64,000 nt of DNA from a virus. Positions 44,601 through 54,045 of the stretch are shown here, in pieces (position 1 is the first letter of the stretch; each line of letters starts with the position of its first letter). Below the pieces are notes generated by a model. The model was not told the origin of the DNA. It did no database searches and saw only the letters and a list, made by a program, of their open reading frames with translations. Location of the stretch: the IMG/VR virus record IMGVR_UViG_3300043958_000214, one strand, 5' to 3'. The position numbers and the translations under genes are program-made.

Positions 44601-45101
44601 CAGGTCCAGGACGTTGACTTTTGTCCGCTCCGCATCTGCGGCGTAGGCGTCACGGACCTCCCGGCAGATCTCGACCCTGCTCCTCGTATCAGCGGCATCG
44701 GGGATGGTGGGCCACAGGTGCTCACCTGAGGCGATGATCCACGACCCGTCAGAGAAGGTGAGGCGAAAACACTCACGATCCCGGACGATGCGGTGGGCGA
44801 CGCTGACGGTGACGACGGAACCGAACTCGTCGAACACCTCGTCCCCCCGCTTCAGTTCCCCCATCAGTGCCCACCCCGTGGGGTGCTTCGCGCTGATGGG
44901 GACCGGGATCGGGGTCGTGACCGCCAGCGCCTTCCCGGTCCCGGTTCCGGCTTGCCCGATGGCCTGCCCGCCCGGGTGGTTGAGAGCGCGGGCGACCTCT
45001 TGGGCGAGTTCAAGCTGGGCGGGGCGGGCATGGGAGTCTGGATCGCCGGTGATCAGCTGGACCGCGCGGTCCATAGCGTTGATGAGGAGTTCTGGCTTCA
45101 T
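41646..45101 (-). CDS. dinG: DinG-family helicase containing an intein
   Basis: QAGTGTGK|SLAYL, Fe-S cysteines, DEAH, SAT, EQAAGRLIR. Confidence 0.9.
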   Translation of the reverse strand: MKPELLINAMDRAVQLITGDPDSHARPAQLELAQEVARALNHPGGQAIGQAGTGTGKALAVTTPIPVPISAKHPTGWALMGELKRGDEVFDEFGSVVTVSVAHRIVRDRECFRLTFSDGSWIIASGEHLWPTIPDAADTRSRVEICREVRDAYAADAERTKVNVLDLYEDCRGALPMAVLAEAAGVTIARLLPVKVIENAAGSTLREAGSLERLTRLAGSTVAEATSILGIARLAGADESELSGNASPEDVERLIGGRLPNPIMVAPADVLDEAIRLLGQEDLAEVNRVITRTQDLGRRTNVSLLVPTLPMVLPDARLPLDPYRLGQRLAAQPDSLEIPHSYLRASTVQRLALLQGIMDVAGAVDQVEATGETCLFAHPSRAFTESVLQLLATFGIHVSRSRWGRNARLAFNHGGIRVFRCPDKAAELNRAANTGAQGLHIIRVEKVEPVPVRCITVKSPTHLFLAGTSCVPTHNSLAYLVPAALAAAVDGKRTVVSTESLSLQSQLVDKDAPVVTRAVSQVVPGTAPKVAVLKGWSNHACLVAARETAHKILRIKEGKEEPDEKMAGRLRERGGQQEMLVAWALDQYSDPALKGDRHSYTGVSNGADWASVSVTPAECIGVKKCPFADRCKAARAKVAAAEADVVVTNHTLLAVEAANGVPAVTGSKTLGHFDAIVMDEAHGMPSQVRNQGAGEVTGRRIRSLARSLTHTVELGKNHKIADAGDMIAQMVDKALNAKVRNGDIHKVGEDEDPAADFGSAMEAWLTQARALIVQATKAHSNDMSVKRVLTRFDNALSDLNQVRTHTPGVARWVEAGRGNDHEAALRYSTVNVSAALKRNLWIAPEVEDDLKDRDRAQAEDDISCDVGPEGDKVYYPMSVVAVSATIPQGFAREMGLDASVICFPSPFDVARKRSAVYVPRAIDPADIAALSATQARSGKPKLDTSRHAAWVIPKIAALVEANGGRALVLAAKSSDGKAYAEYLRTRTGGMFTVLDQWDGLPLRELVERWRSDETAVLVGTRSLMTGVDAPGTTCSLVIIDRIPRSPSNPVDDARLESLMSAQKIDRWRADRQVYVADAALLVEQAAGRLIRSGNDKGMVALLDPRLLKKPASVFSYPEQTRKLYMRALGEDWGRRISKLDTAVDFLKGLHE
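43677..44930 (-). other. Class 3-type intein (418 aa) in the DinG P-loop
   Basis: Starts Ala; HLW (block B), VRCITV (F), PTHN/S (G); LAGLIDADG remnant LQGIMDVAG. Confidence 0.88.
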
Positions 45102-45105
45102 GCCT

Positions 45106-45115
45106 TGTGTGTGCC
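45106..45115 (-). promoter_or_regulatory. Class-B motif (dinG)
   Basis: GGCACACACA-AGGC-ATG. Confidence 0.65.
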
Positions 45116-45281
45116 TGGGCGGGGGCGGGAAGCGAACCGGATGGTTCGCGGCGGGTGGTGCCGGGAGCCCGATCGCGTTCAACCGCCTTTTCGCGCATTC
45201 GGGCTCCCGGCGGCGGGACCGTGGTTCCGCCGGAGGCCGCGCACCACCCCTGAGCGGTCTCCACCCGCATCTATGCGTAGG

Positions 45282-46490
45282 TCAGTACCATCCGGTGTTC
45301 TGGGAGTGGGCCCAGGCTGCTTGCGGGGATCCGTAGCGCCCGGCGATGTAGTCCATCATCCAGGCCAGTTGCGTGCGCGGGTTGGTGGCCCAGTCCGACC
45401 CATGGCTGCTCATTTTGGACCCGGGGAGCGCTTGGGGGAGCCCGTAGGCGCCGGAGGGGTTCGAGGCTGTCACGGACCATCCCGACTCCCTTGCGACGAG
45501 GGCGTTGAAGGCGTCCCACTGCTGCGCCCACCCGCGCTCAGCGAGCATGCCGAAAGCCAGGTCCTGGACCTGAGTGCTTGGCGTCTGTGTGGGGCCGACT
45601 CCTTCTGCGGGGTCGGGCTGTTTCGTTCCGACCGCGATTTCCTCGGTGATGGGTGCGGTCGTCTCGACGGATTCGACGGCGCGGTGAGTGACCTGCCCGT
45701 CGACTCGCTCCTCCCACACGGTTGTGCGGGTTTCGCCGTCGGCCCCCTGTTGGACGATTTCCTCCTGTCCTGTGGGAAGGGTCGGGTCCTCGTGGCGGTG
45801 GGTGGAGTGCGGTGTGGAGTCGACGTGGACGCGCGTCCCCCGGTCGACGCGCGTGAGCGTGAGGGTGAGGGTCGTGCGGTCGAGCGTGGCGTGGATCCTG
45901 TCGTTGGGGGAAGCGTCGATTCCAGCTTTAGTCAGGAGGGTCTGGGCGGAGTCTCTGGGTGTGGCATCGATGTGTGTCTCTTCGCCGTCTGAGAGGATCG
46001 TGACGGTTTCCGTGTCCGCGACGAGGGGAATCTCGGTGCGGGCTTCTCCCCTGGTGGGGATCGCCTGGGCTTGCCCGCTGTCCGTGACCGACTGTGCGAG
46101 TTCGCGGATGGAGTCCGCGGTCGACCAGACTTCGATCGTCCTATCACCGTTGGTAGCGGTGTGGGGGCGGGCGTGGCGCACGATGATCGAGATTCCATCG
46201 CTGGCGGGACTGGCCGGTGCAGGGGCGACGAGATCATGGTCCCCGGTTTCGACTCCTGCGGCGGACAGGACGTCTCCGACACTCCGGTAGAACCCGGCGG
46301 CAGGAGTGGTGACACCGTCGACTTCGAGGGTCACGGAGTGGTATGAGGAGACGGACGACGCGGTGGCGACGCCGATGATGAGGGCGGCGGAGGCGAGCGA
46401 GGAGACAAGGACGCGGTGCTTGTCCTTCGCCCGGCGTCGTGCGGCTCCTCGCTCCGCACGGGACGGGAGGGGAACCCGGCTATCGGACAC
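45282..46490 (-). CDS. Secreted DUF348/G5 lytic transglycosylase (Rpf-like architecture)
   Basis: N-terminal TM, G5-like segment, ESGW..NPSGAYGLPQA. Confidence 0.85.
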   Translation of the reverse strand: MSDSRVPLPSRAERGAARRRAKDKHRVLVSSLASAALIIGVATASSVSSYHSVTLEVDGVTTPAAGFYRSVGDVLSAAGVETGDHDLVAPAPASPASDGISIIVRHARPHTATNGDRTIEVWSTADSIRELAQSVTDSGQAQAIPTRGEARTEIPLVADTETVTILSDGEETHIDATPRDSAQTLLTKAGIDASPNDRIHATLDRTTLTLTLTRVDRGTRVHVDSTPHSTHRHEDPTLPTGQEEIVQQGADGETRTTVWEERVDGQVTHRAVESVETTAPITEEIAVGTKQPDPAEGVGPTQTPSTQVQDLAFGMLAERGWAQQWDAFNALVARESGWSVTASNPSGAYGLPQALPGSKMSSHGSDWATNPRTQLAWMMDYIAGRYGSPQAAWAHSQNTGWY

Positions 46491-47166
46491 GGCGCCCCCC
46501 GCGTCGTCCTTTAACTGCGTTGCGCAGTTCTGGGGACAGCGCCAGCTCGTGGGATCGGCCCATGGGCTGTGAGGCGACGATGTAAGCGTCGGCGAGCGGG
46601 TCGGGCGCCCTCCCCAACCGGGTTCCGGGTGCACAGAGCTCCTGGCAAATGTCTGGGGCTGGCTCTGCGGAGGCAACGTGTCCGGTGGCGGGGATGGAGA
46701 GCCACGGGTCCCCCACCGCATGGGGCCCGTCAACGTCGAGGACGCAGTTCATCGCGACCGCCTCAAGGCCACCGGCGTCGGCGATCAGGGTGTGGAGGGG
46801 CTGGTAGTTCAACGTCTGGGGGAGCATGTCGCCGGCGAGGAGGATCCGGTCGGCGGGCCCGTAGGGCGGGCACCTCAAGGGGATCCGGTGGCGTCCGGCG
46901 ACTGAGCAGGCGATCTTCGCCATCGAAGATGCCTTGAGATAGTAGGCCCCCTTCACTTCGACCCACAGTCCCAGTCCGGGGAGGAAGAAGTCGGGCAGGT
47001 AGCTCATCTTGCGTGTGACCCGGTAGAGGCAGGGCTCGTAGTCCCAATCCCATCCGACGCAGTCGAAGAAGAGAGCCCACCTGGCCTCCAGCCTGCTCCT
47101 GAATGTGACGCCGGAGTAGGCGGTGGATGCCGCCCCCGTCTTCGCGGTGACCGTTCTGGATCCCAT
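46480..47166 (-). CDS. PD-(D/E)XK nuclease-like protein
   Basis: FRSRLEARWA, YLPDF, WVEVKG. Confidence 0.8.
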   Translation of the reverse strand: MGSRTVTAKTGAASTAYSGVTFRSRLEARWALFFDCVGWDWDYEPCLYRVTRKMSYLPDFFLPGLGLWVEVKGAYYLKASSMAKIACSVAGRHRIPLRCPPYGPADRILLAGDMLPQTLNYQPLHTLIADAGGLEAVAMNCVLDVDGPHAVGDPWLSIPATGHVASAEPAPDICQELCAPGTRLGRAPDPLADAYIVASQPMGRSHELALSPELRNAVKGRRGGRRVR

Positions 47167-47168
47167 CC

Positions 47169-47651
47169 TCAGCGCCTCCTCGGACGCGGCGTGCGGGGGT
47201 GGTTGGGGGACGGCTCGTTCTTCGTCCGATCCTCCCTTCTGGGGGTGACGAGGACGGCCTTGCCCAAGGAGGGAGCCGCCTGCCCGACGACCGACCCGGC
47301 AGGGAGGCTCTTCGACCAGCGGGGGCGCGACTCAACCCACCAAGACCGCCAGAGGACCCATGCGCCTCCCATGACGATGACGCCCCACAGGTAGGCGGGG
47401 TCCGTCCAGGAGACGAGGACGATGAGGGCGACCCACCGGTAGGTCCTTCGCCACGACCCCGGAACGAGGAGGCAGGTTGCCACCCAGGGCGCGGACAGTC
47501 CGGCGAGCATCCACCCGACGCCATGGGGCGTCGCGTAGACGATGACCGATGCGGCCCACACCGTCGAGACGAAGAGAAGAACGAGGAACCACCCGCAATC
47601 GGGCGCGATCGCCTTCACCCGACGAGCCGCACCGTGCAGGGCCTCACTCAT
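47169..47651 (-). CDS. Membrane protein
   Basis: Several hydrophobic segments. Confidence 0.7.
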   Translation of the reverse strand: MSEALHGAARRVKAIAPDCGWFLVLLFVSTVWAASVIVYATPHGVGWMLAGLSAPWVATCLLVPGSWRRTYRWVALIVLVSWTDPAYLWGVIVMGGAWVLWRSWWVESRPRWSKSLPAGSVVGQAAPSLGKAVLVTPRREDRTKNEPSPNHPRTPRPRRR

Positions 47652-48981
47652 GGATCAAGTTCCCATCCAGAAGGTCCTCTTCGCTCACGACCGGCACGTA
47701 ATCGAGAAGGATCGTGCGCAGGTACTCCGCGACCGTCGTCGGGTCAGACCCGAGGGGCGCGCCCTCCCACGCTGCAGCCCGCTCGAGACGGCTCCCCCAA
47801 GCCCGCCTGGCTTCTTCCGCTTCCCGCCTCAGCTGCTCGTTGCGATCCTGCTGCTTGCGGTGAACGGAGTAGGGGCTGACCGTCTCGCATTCGATGGCAA
47901 CGAGCGAGTCGACGAGGTCGAGGCACAGGGAGGCCCACTGCTTGTCGTGGGGGTCCCCGGTCTTTACGACGGCCCGGATCAACGCCGCCATCCGCCTGGC
48001 GGGCGGACGCGGCAGATCCTCCACGGCGGCGGCGACCAGCCCGTTGCACAGGGCATCACCCATCCCGATGACAGTCGTGAGCGCATCATCGTCCCACCCG
48101 TCCCACACGGCCTCGATGACGGGGTGGGTGACCTTACCGGTTAACACGTTGCGCGCGCACTGACGCGAGAGCGTCGTGTCCTGGGCGATCATCGTCCGGA
48201 CGCGGGCGCGGGCCTCAGGACTGGACAAACGCCTGGTTTCTGGGAGTCCGAAAGCCGCCCTGGCCGCCGCGGCCGCGAAATGGACCCTGCGGGCGCCTCT
48301 CATCCGCCCGAAGGCTGCGGCACCCAAGGTCGCCAGGATGTTGTCGATCCTGATTGTGTCGGTCTTGTCCATCAACTCCGTATGAACGTCGGGAGCGTCC
48401 ACGCTGAACGACGACACGGCAGAGACCAGGGGGAGGTCGGATGGATCCGTCGCGTCCTGATGGCGTGAGAAGGCCCGCCTCTCGTCGCGGATCAGCTGCA
48501 GGGCCGCCCATGACGCTTTGTGGAAGGCGTAGGACGAGAACTTGGCTTGCTGGACGCTTCCATCGGGCTGGACAGACATTCTGAAGAAGTCGTACCCGCC
48601 CTCTGCGAGCGGGGTGAGGATGGCGGACACGAGTTTCTCGATGACCCTGTCGCGCACCTCCTCAAGCTCCCAGTCCTTGATGGGACCCATGTCGAACCCG
48701 CCAACCGAGCCATGTCCGCTCGAAGAGCCGTCATAGTGGGCTCGATGATGTTTGGCGTTGGGACGGAACTGTCGGGCGCGGACCGCGATCGCTGGGACGT
48801 CGTAGCGCATGGTCTCTTCGGCGAGGCGGATCCGGGCTTCACGGTCGGAGATCTCCCCCGCTTTCAGGAGGGAGCGCACCTCCTCAGCCTTCTCGTCGAG
48901 CTTGCGAGCGGCCTGATGCGAATCACAGGGAATGAACCCCATGACGGGGATATCGGTGTCGAAGTTTATGCTGTTCCTCAC
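47644..48981 (-). CDS. Putative sigma-factor-like protein
   Basis: LEEVRDRVIEKLVSAI and AKFSSYAFHKASWAALQLIRDERR resemble sigma70 regions 2.2-2.4; GTG start 7 nt after class-A motif. Confidence 0.5.
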   Translation of the reverse strand: MRNSINFDTDIPVMGFIPCDSHQAARKLDEKAEEVRSLLKAGEISDREARIRLAEETMRYDVPAIAVRARQFRPNAKHHRAHYDGSSSGHGSVGGFDMGPIKDWELEEVRDRVIEKLVSAILTPLAEGGYDFFRMSVQPDGSVQQAKFSSYAFHKASWAALQLIRDERRAFSRHQDATDPSDLPLVSAVSSFSVDAPDVHTELMDKTDTIRIDNILATLGAAAFGRMRGARRVHFAAAAARAAFGLPETRRLSSPEARARVRTMIAQDTTLSRQCARNVLTGKVTHPVIEAVWDGWDDDALTTVIGMGDALCNGLVAAAVEDLPRPPARRMAALIRAVVKTGDPHDKQWASLCLDLVDSLVAIECETVSPYSVHRKQQDRNEQLRREAEEARRAWGSRLERAAAWEGAPLGSDPTTVAEYLRTILLDYVPVVSEEDLLDGNLIHE

Positions 48982-48988
48982 AATGCCT

Positions 48989-48999
48989 GTTGTGGGGCA
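48989..48999 (-). promoter_or_regulatory. Class-A motif core upstream of sigma-like gene
   Basis: GCGCG-N11-TGCCCCACAAC-N7-GTG. Confidence 0.75.
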
Positions 49000-49025
49000 A
49001 CCGCAAACCCCGCGCACGTGGGCCC

Positions 49026-52000
49026 TTAGCGCCCGGCCTCGGCGTTCTTGAGCCTCCCCGCCTTCTCCTGCTCGCGGGCGATGACGTCGGTGGAGGTGGT
49101 GGAGATCTGGGAGAGGAAGTCCTTCGGAATCAGGATCTGGGTGGGCACGACCCGGTCTGACAGGTCGACGTACAGCCCGATGGCCCCCCTGATGACCTCC
49201 CCGGTTTCCGCGTCGCGCAGGGCTCGCATCGAATTCCAATTGGGTTCCTGTGACCCCTCGATCGTGGCAGGGGCCGACAACCGGGCCAGGCGCTGCTCTG
49301 TTGCTTGGAGCTTGAAAAGCTGGAGGGCGAGACCCGCTTCGCCATTGTCCGTGTTCCCGAACCGGTCCTTCTGCCCCGTGCCACGTCCAAGGGGAAGAAT
49401 CACCCCGCGGCTGATCCCGCCGAGAAGATCAGCCTCGACAAAGTCCGAGACCTTCTGGGAGGCGAGGACCACGAGAACCTGCTGGGAGCGAGCCAGCCGG
49501 GAAAGACGGTCAAGTTCGGCCTTGCCTTCCGGGCCGATCATGAACTGCCACGCCTCGTCAAGGACGACGACGCCCTCCCGGTAGGCGACAGCAGCCGCAG
49601 ACCCGTACACCATCATGCGCAGAACCCACGACCCGATGCGTTGGATCATGGAGGACCGCTGCCACCCGCCCTCCCCCGTATCCGGAAGAGCGATCCGAGC
49701 ATTGCCGACCATGATCAGCGACAGCCCCTCCGCCTGCCGGAGAGCCTGCCCATTCGGCGAAAACCCGAGGATCGCGCGGGCCAACGGAGTGGCCTCCAAC
49801 ATCCGCAAGATGGGCGTGAGCAACCCGTCAGGCAGAGGCGTCGCAGCGTCCGAGATACGCAAAGCCTCACCCACACAGGTCCCACCGTGCTCAACCCCGT
49901 ACCGCAGCGCCGAAAGCAGGTCGACCTCGAAACGCCCCCGCAGGTCCCCACCCCACGGATCGATGGAAGAGATCATCTGAGAAGCCAGCTCCACCGCCTC
50001 TCCGATCGTGTTCGCGAAAGACTCCGGACTCGTACGGTCAATGAGGGTGCGAATCGGGTCGAACACGCCATCAGCGGACGCGAGATCATCCAAACTCATC
50101 ACTTGCCCGCCAAGCTTGCGCACCGGCTCAGAGAAATCAGACCCCGGTTTCGCATCAATCATCACGATCGGCGTCCGCCACCCACGCGAGGTTGGAATAT
50201 GGGCCCACTGCCTGACAAGGGAAAGGAGAGTCATCGTGTTGTGAGAAGGAACGAAGCCCTCGACCAAATACGTATGGTCCGGGGAATCCACGGACAAGCA
50301 CCGACAGGCCCGCGGCGCAACCGCCTCAATCCCCGTGATGCCGAGACGCAGCTGATCCTCCCCCACCGACCTGGGAACAAGCCGCGCCTTCTCAGCCACA
50401 CGGAAGACAGTTTCAACAGTCGTGAAACCCACCCGGTAGCACATGCCCACACGGTGCCCGGCATCCGCTTCGGCAATACTCATCGACGCCTTGATCCCGA
50501 GACCGCGAACCAGCTCAAGGACATCCCCCGCCAAACCCTCACCCTCCACAGCGAGCTCGCATTCCCCGCCATGCCCAACCCTCCCCCTCTCATCCATGAG
50601 ACCCTGGAGAAGAGCGAGCCGCTGCGCCCGCGAGGCGCGCTGATAGATCGCAGGGATGCGATCACCGACTGGAACGCCGACCGAACCCCCCGCAGCACAC
50701 TCCCCGCCCAGCCACACGCCCAGAGAATACGGATCCACCGGAAGAACCGCGTCAGGGAGATCGAGCGCTCGCGGGAGCCTGATCGAGAAGTTCGCGCAGA
50801 CGTTGTCGCCTTCGCGCACGCTCACTCCCTGGTCGAGCATCTCCCCCGTTGACATGACGACTTCTCCTGGGTCCAGGCTTGGCTCGTCCGCGTGCTGCTG
50901 CTGGACGCGGATGGCGAGGCCTCGGATAGCCGCCTTGGTGGAGTAGACGAGGGGGCGATACCGCATCGCCGCGACAGGATGTTCGGCGGATGGGCGCGGA
51001 TGCCGACCGTCTCGGACATTCCGCTCGGCCCCGGTAGGGACGGACCGGGGCGCCACGTCCACCATGCGCAAAGACGCGTGGATCCCATTTGGGCCTCTCC
51101 AGGGGGTTGCGTCGATGTCGTTGACGATCTCCCACAGGTCTTCCAGGGCGGAAAGGTGCTCGTCGTCATAGTCGTCAGCCAGGTCGCAGAGCCGCCACGC
51201 GAGGTCACGCGCCTCCCGGCTCGTCTCGACGCAGTGGCGGGAAGGGGATGGATGGGGCTGGGCGCGCCGACGGACCACCCACTGGTGATTCGAGTCGGCG
51301 TCGATGTGTTGTCCGTCTGAGAGCGTGAGGCGGTACAGGTGGGGCTTGCGTTCGATGGCGGACAGGTCGGTGACCCGGCATGGGCGCCCATCGCGCCCGA
51401 GCACTTCGTCGCCGACATTGAGCTGTCCGACGGTCGTCCAACCGGTGGGTGTGGGGATGCGCGTCGTCAGCGCAAGCAGCTTCCCCGACCCCGTTCCTCC
51501 GGCGACGACAAGGAGCGGACCTCCGTCGCCTTTCGTTGCAGCGAAGGGGGAGATGTAGGCGGGCTGCTGGTCAGCCTCCGTCAGGCCGAGAAGGGCTCCG
51601 CTCGTGTCCCCCACGGTCGACAGGTTCGCCAGTCCGGCGCACGCGATGGTCTGGGCCGGGAGTTCGTGAACCCTGGGGGCGGCCTTGACGTTGGAGCAGA
51701 GTTTCATCTCCTCGAAAGCCGCCTGCTGGCGTGCGGGAAGCGCTCCGAGGTGGATCGAAGAGTCTCCCATGAGCCTGCCGACGTCCTTTTGGACCCGGTC
51801 GAGGGCGACGACGATGGAGGTATCGATGAGGGTGGGTGTCCCCCCTTGGGTTCCGTAGGCGGCCTCGACTTGGGAGAGGATCTCGATCTGCTGGTCTTGC
51901 TCAGCCTTAGACATGAGCCCCTGGGCAACGCGGTCCTCACGATCTTTGCGGAAATTGTCTCGCCCCCGAGCGAGTTCGGCGCGGGTGATTTGGGCTGGTT

Positions 52001-52865
52001 CGATCTTGCCGCGAATGCTGATCGCCCGGGCTCCCTTGAGGACGAGGTCGATTCCCCACTGGGCTCTGGCAGAGGTGGCGTCGATCCAGGGGAGGTCGAA
52101 CTCGGCCGCCGAGGCGAGAGTGAGCGCATAGGCCTGGGAAGGTAGTCTCCAGTTTTCGCATTCTGCGGGGTCCATGTCTGCGGCCATCTGGGCGGCTGAG
52201 ATGGTCCGGCAGACGTGGATGTGGTCGTCGTGGAGGAGGATCGGGACGTCTGGCGTGTCGCCGAAGTTCCACCACCCGCGGGCTAGGGCGAGCTCGTCTC
52301 GGCCGAACGTGTCGACGCCGAGTTCCCGCATGCCCGCCTGGCGGAAGATGGCGTCAACGACCTGGTAGTCGTCCTCGAAGTCCTCGACCGGAATGCCGCC
52401 GGTGAGGAACGTCTCCGACACGGACTCGACCGCGGACGCCACTCTTCCCTTGCCTGCCCTGGTCATCTTGGGGAGGAGTCGTGTCCCCACGAGGAGAAGC
52501 CTCCGGAACGTGTACTCATCGCCGTAGTCGCGTGTGAGCATGTCGGCGTTCGGGAGGCCGTGGTTGGGCTTGAGGGGGGTCGGAATATTGAGGAGGAGCA
52601 GGTGCAGGTCGCGGTAGGAGTCGCGATTGAACTGGCGGCGTTTCCCGGTTGTGTGCGCGAGGGCGGCCAGCTGCTCCATGACGCGGAGGATCGGGACGGA
52701 CGCTTCGAGGACCTTCTGGGAGTCGCGGGCGTCCTGGATGGGGGACAACGGGGCTGCGCGGTAGCACCACATGCTGGAGTTTTTCGGCCCGACCAGTCTT
52801 CCCCCGTCGAGGACGCGGCTGATCAGGGTGGTGCCCTGGGGGGCGGCAGTCAGAATCTCACTCAT
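49026..52865 (-). CDS. VirB4/TraC-like conjugation ATPase containing an intein
   Basis: GGTGSGK|TMTL, VVVLDEAW, LARSQQVLVVLASQ. Confidence 0.8.
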   Translation of the reverse strand: MSEILTAAPQGTTLISRVLDGGRLVGPKNSSMWCYRAAPLSPIQDARDSQKVLEASVPILRVMEQLAALAHTTGKRRQFNRDSYRDLHLLLLNIPTPLKPNHGLPNADMLTRDYGDEYTFRRLLLVGTRLLPKMTRAGKGRVASAVESVSETFLTGGIPVEDFEDDYQVVDAIFRQAGMRELGVDTFGRDELALARGWWNFGDTPDVPILLHDDHIHVCRTISAAQMAADMDPAECENWRLPSQAYALTLASAAEFDLPWIDATSARAQWGIDLVLKGARAISIRGKIEPAQITRAELARGRDNFRKDREDRVAQGLMSKAEQDQQIEILSQVEAAYGTQGGTPTLIDTSIVVALDRVQKDVGRLMGDSSIHLGALPARQQAAFEEMKLCSNVKAAPRVHELPAQTIACAGLANLSTVGDTSGALLGLTEADQQPAYISPFAATKGDGGPLLVVAGGTGSGKLLALTTRIPTPTGWTTVGQLNVGDEVLGRDGRPCRVTDLSAIERKPHLYRLTLSDGQHIDADSNHQWVVRRRAQPHPSPSRHCVETSREARDLAWRLCDLADDYDDEHLSALEDLWEIVNDIDATPWRGPNGIHASLRMVDVAPRSVPTGAERNVRDGRHPRPSAEHPVAAMRYRPLVYSTKAAIRGLAIRVQQQHADEPSLDPGEVVMSTGEMLDQGVSVREGDNVCANFSIRLPRALDLPDAVLPVDPYSLGVWLGGECAAGGSVGVPVGDRIPAIYQRASRAQRLALLQGLMDERGRVGHGGECELAVEGEGLAGDVLELVRGLGIKASMSIAEADAGHRVGMCYRVGFTTVETVFRVAEKARLVPRSVGEDQLRLGITGIEAVAPRACRCLSVDSPDHTYLVEGFVPSHNTMTLLSLVRQWAHIPTSRGWRTPIVMIDAKPGSDFSEPVRKLGGQVMSLDDLASADGVFDPIRTLIDRTSPESFANTIGEAVELASQMISSIDPWGGDLRGRFEVDLLSALRYGVEHGGTCVGEALRISDAATPLPDGLLTPILRMLEATPLARAILGFSPNGQALRQAEGLSLIMVGNARIALPDTGEGGWQRSSMIQRIGSWVLRMMVYGSAAAVAYREGVVVLDEAWQFMIGPEGKAELDRLSRLARSQQVLVVLASQKVSDFVEADLLGGISRGVILPLGRGTGQKDRFGNTDNGEAGLALQLFKLQATEQRLARLSAPATIEGSQEPNWNSMRALRDAETGEVIRGAIGLYVDLSDRVVPTQILIPKDFLSQISTTSTDVIAREQEKAGRLKNAEAGR
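50238..51479 (-). other. Class 3-type intein (414 aa) in the ATPase P-loop
   Basis: Starts Leu; HQW (B), CRCLSV (F), PSHN/T (G); LAGLIDADG remnant LQGLMDERG. Confidence 0.85.
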
Positions 52866-54045
52866 CGGCGTGCCCCTCGACGCGCAGCAGGACAGGCCGG
52901 TTAACGACCGTGGGGGATGCGTTCTGCGGGGTTTCGTCCAAGATGATCGGCGCTGAGGCGATGAGGCTCGCCCGGTATTCGCCCCTCTGGGGGGCGGCGC
53001 GCACCGGTGAGCAGGGCATTGTCTCCGCGATCGCCGCGTGCTGAGCGAATGCCAAGGATGAGAGGTGGCAGGAGCCGGTGTCGATGAGAGACGAGACGTG
53101 GTCTTCCCGATGCCCGATAGCGACGATGATCGATGTGTCGACGAGGTTCGCGGGGCCGTCGTGCGCGTCCGGGGAGGATGAGCCGGGAGAGATCCTGCCG
53201 CCCAGGTTGTCGCGGCGAGCCTGTGCGCGTTTCACTTTTCCGCGGGTCTTTTCGATCCGTGTGAGCGACGAGGGCTCAACTCGCCCGCTGATTGAGATGA
53301 CCTTGGGGCCGAGCTCGCAGATGTCGTTCACCCAGTATGCGGTTTCGAGTGTCGACCAGAGCCATGACTGGTCGAGTTCGGGGACGAGTGCCATGGTGAT
53401 GACCTGGGAGCCTGGGATGTCCCAGTTCGCGCATTCCGACGGATCTCGGGCGGCGGCGATGTTCGCGCTCGTTGCCGTGCGGAAGATGTGAACATGGTCG
53501 GCGTGGATGAGGAGGCGGGTGTCGGCCTCACCGGTCCCCGCCATCCAGTTCAGGACGCGGGACCGCTGCTCCGCCTTGAGCTCACCAGTCCCCGCGTCGC
53601 GCATGGTGGCGTCGACGAGGGTGTAGTCCTGCACGTAGTCGAAGATGGATCCTCGCCCGGAGACCAGCTCCTCGCTCAGTGACGTCATGGCGGAAGACCA
53701 TGCGCCTCTGCCCTGTCGGGTTGGCAGTCCTCGCAGTTCGACGCCGACGGCCGCGAAGCCGTCATCGGGGAAAACGAGGAGCTTGAAGTTCCGGTAGCGG
53801 CGGAGGTTTCGGCGCCCCGATGTGGCTTCTCCCTGGTCCGAGAGGGCGGTGAGGAGGCGGAAGACCGGATTCCCCATTCCGACAGACCTGCGAACGGTCT
53901 CCGCGCCTGGAACGCGGAGAATGGGGACGCCCCGGTACACCCAGAGGGTGTTGTGGACGCCGACGAACCGCCCGCCCGTCAGGACCGCGCGCACGTAGGT
54001 ATTCCACGCGCGCGGTTGGGCATTCTGGGTCGCGGGAATGCTCAC
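52858..54045 (-). CDS. Paralog of the N-terminal domain of the VirB4-like protein, lacking the ATPase
   Basis: Shared LxHxDHxH, DPxECxNW, SIxGxxEP, DTSIxVA, APxxxE motifs. Confidence 0.7.
   Translation of the reverse strand: MSIPATQNAQPRAWNTYVRAVLTGGRFVGVHNTLWVYRGVPILRVPGAETVRRSVGMGNPVFRLLTALSDQGEATSGRRNLRRYRNFKLLVFPDDGFAAVGVELRGLPTRQGRGAWSSAMTSLSEELVSGRGSIFDYVQDYTLVDATMRDAGTGELKAEQRSRVLNWMAGTGEADTRLLIHADHVHIFRTATSANIAAARDPSECANWDIPGSQVITMALVPELDQSWLWSTLETAYWVNDICELGPKVISISGRVEPSSLTRIEKTRGKVKRAQARRDNLGGRISPGSSSPDAHDGPANLVDTSIIVAIGHREDHVSSLIDTGSCHLSSLAFAQHAAIAETMPCSPVRAAPQRGEYRASLIASAPIILDETPQNASPTVVNRPVLLRVEGHADE

Noticed and set aside
50238-50249. TTCTCACAAC match to the class-A core
   Set aside because: Lies in the intein C-terminal codons (PSHN) with no upstream box; coincidental
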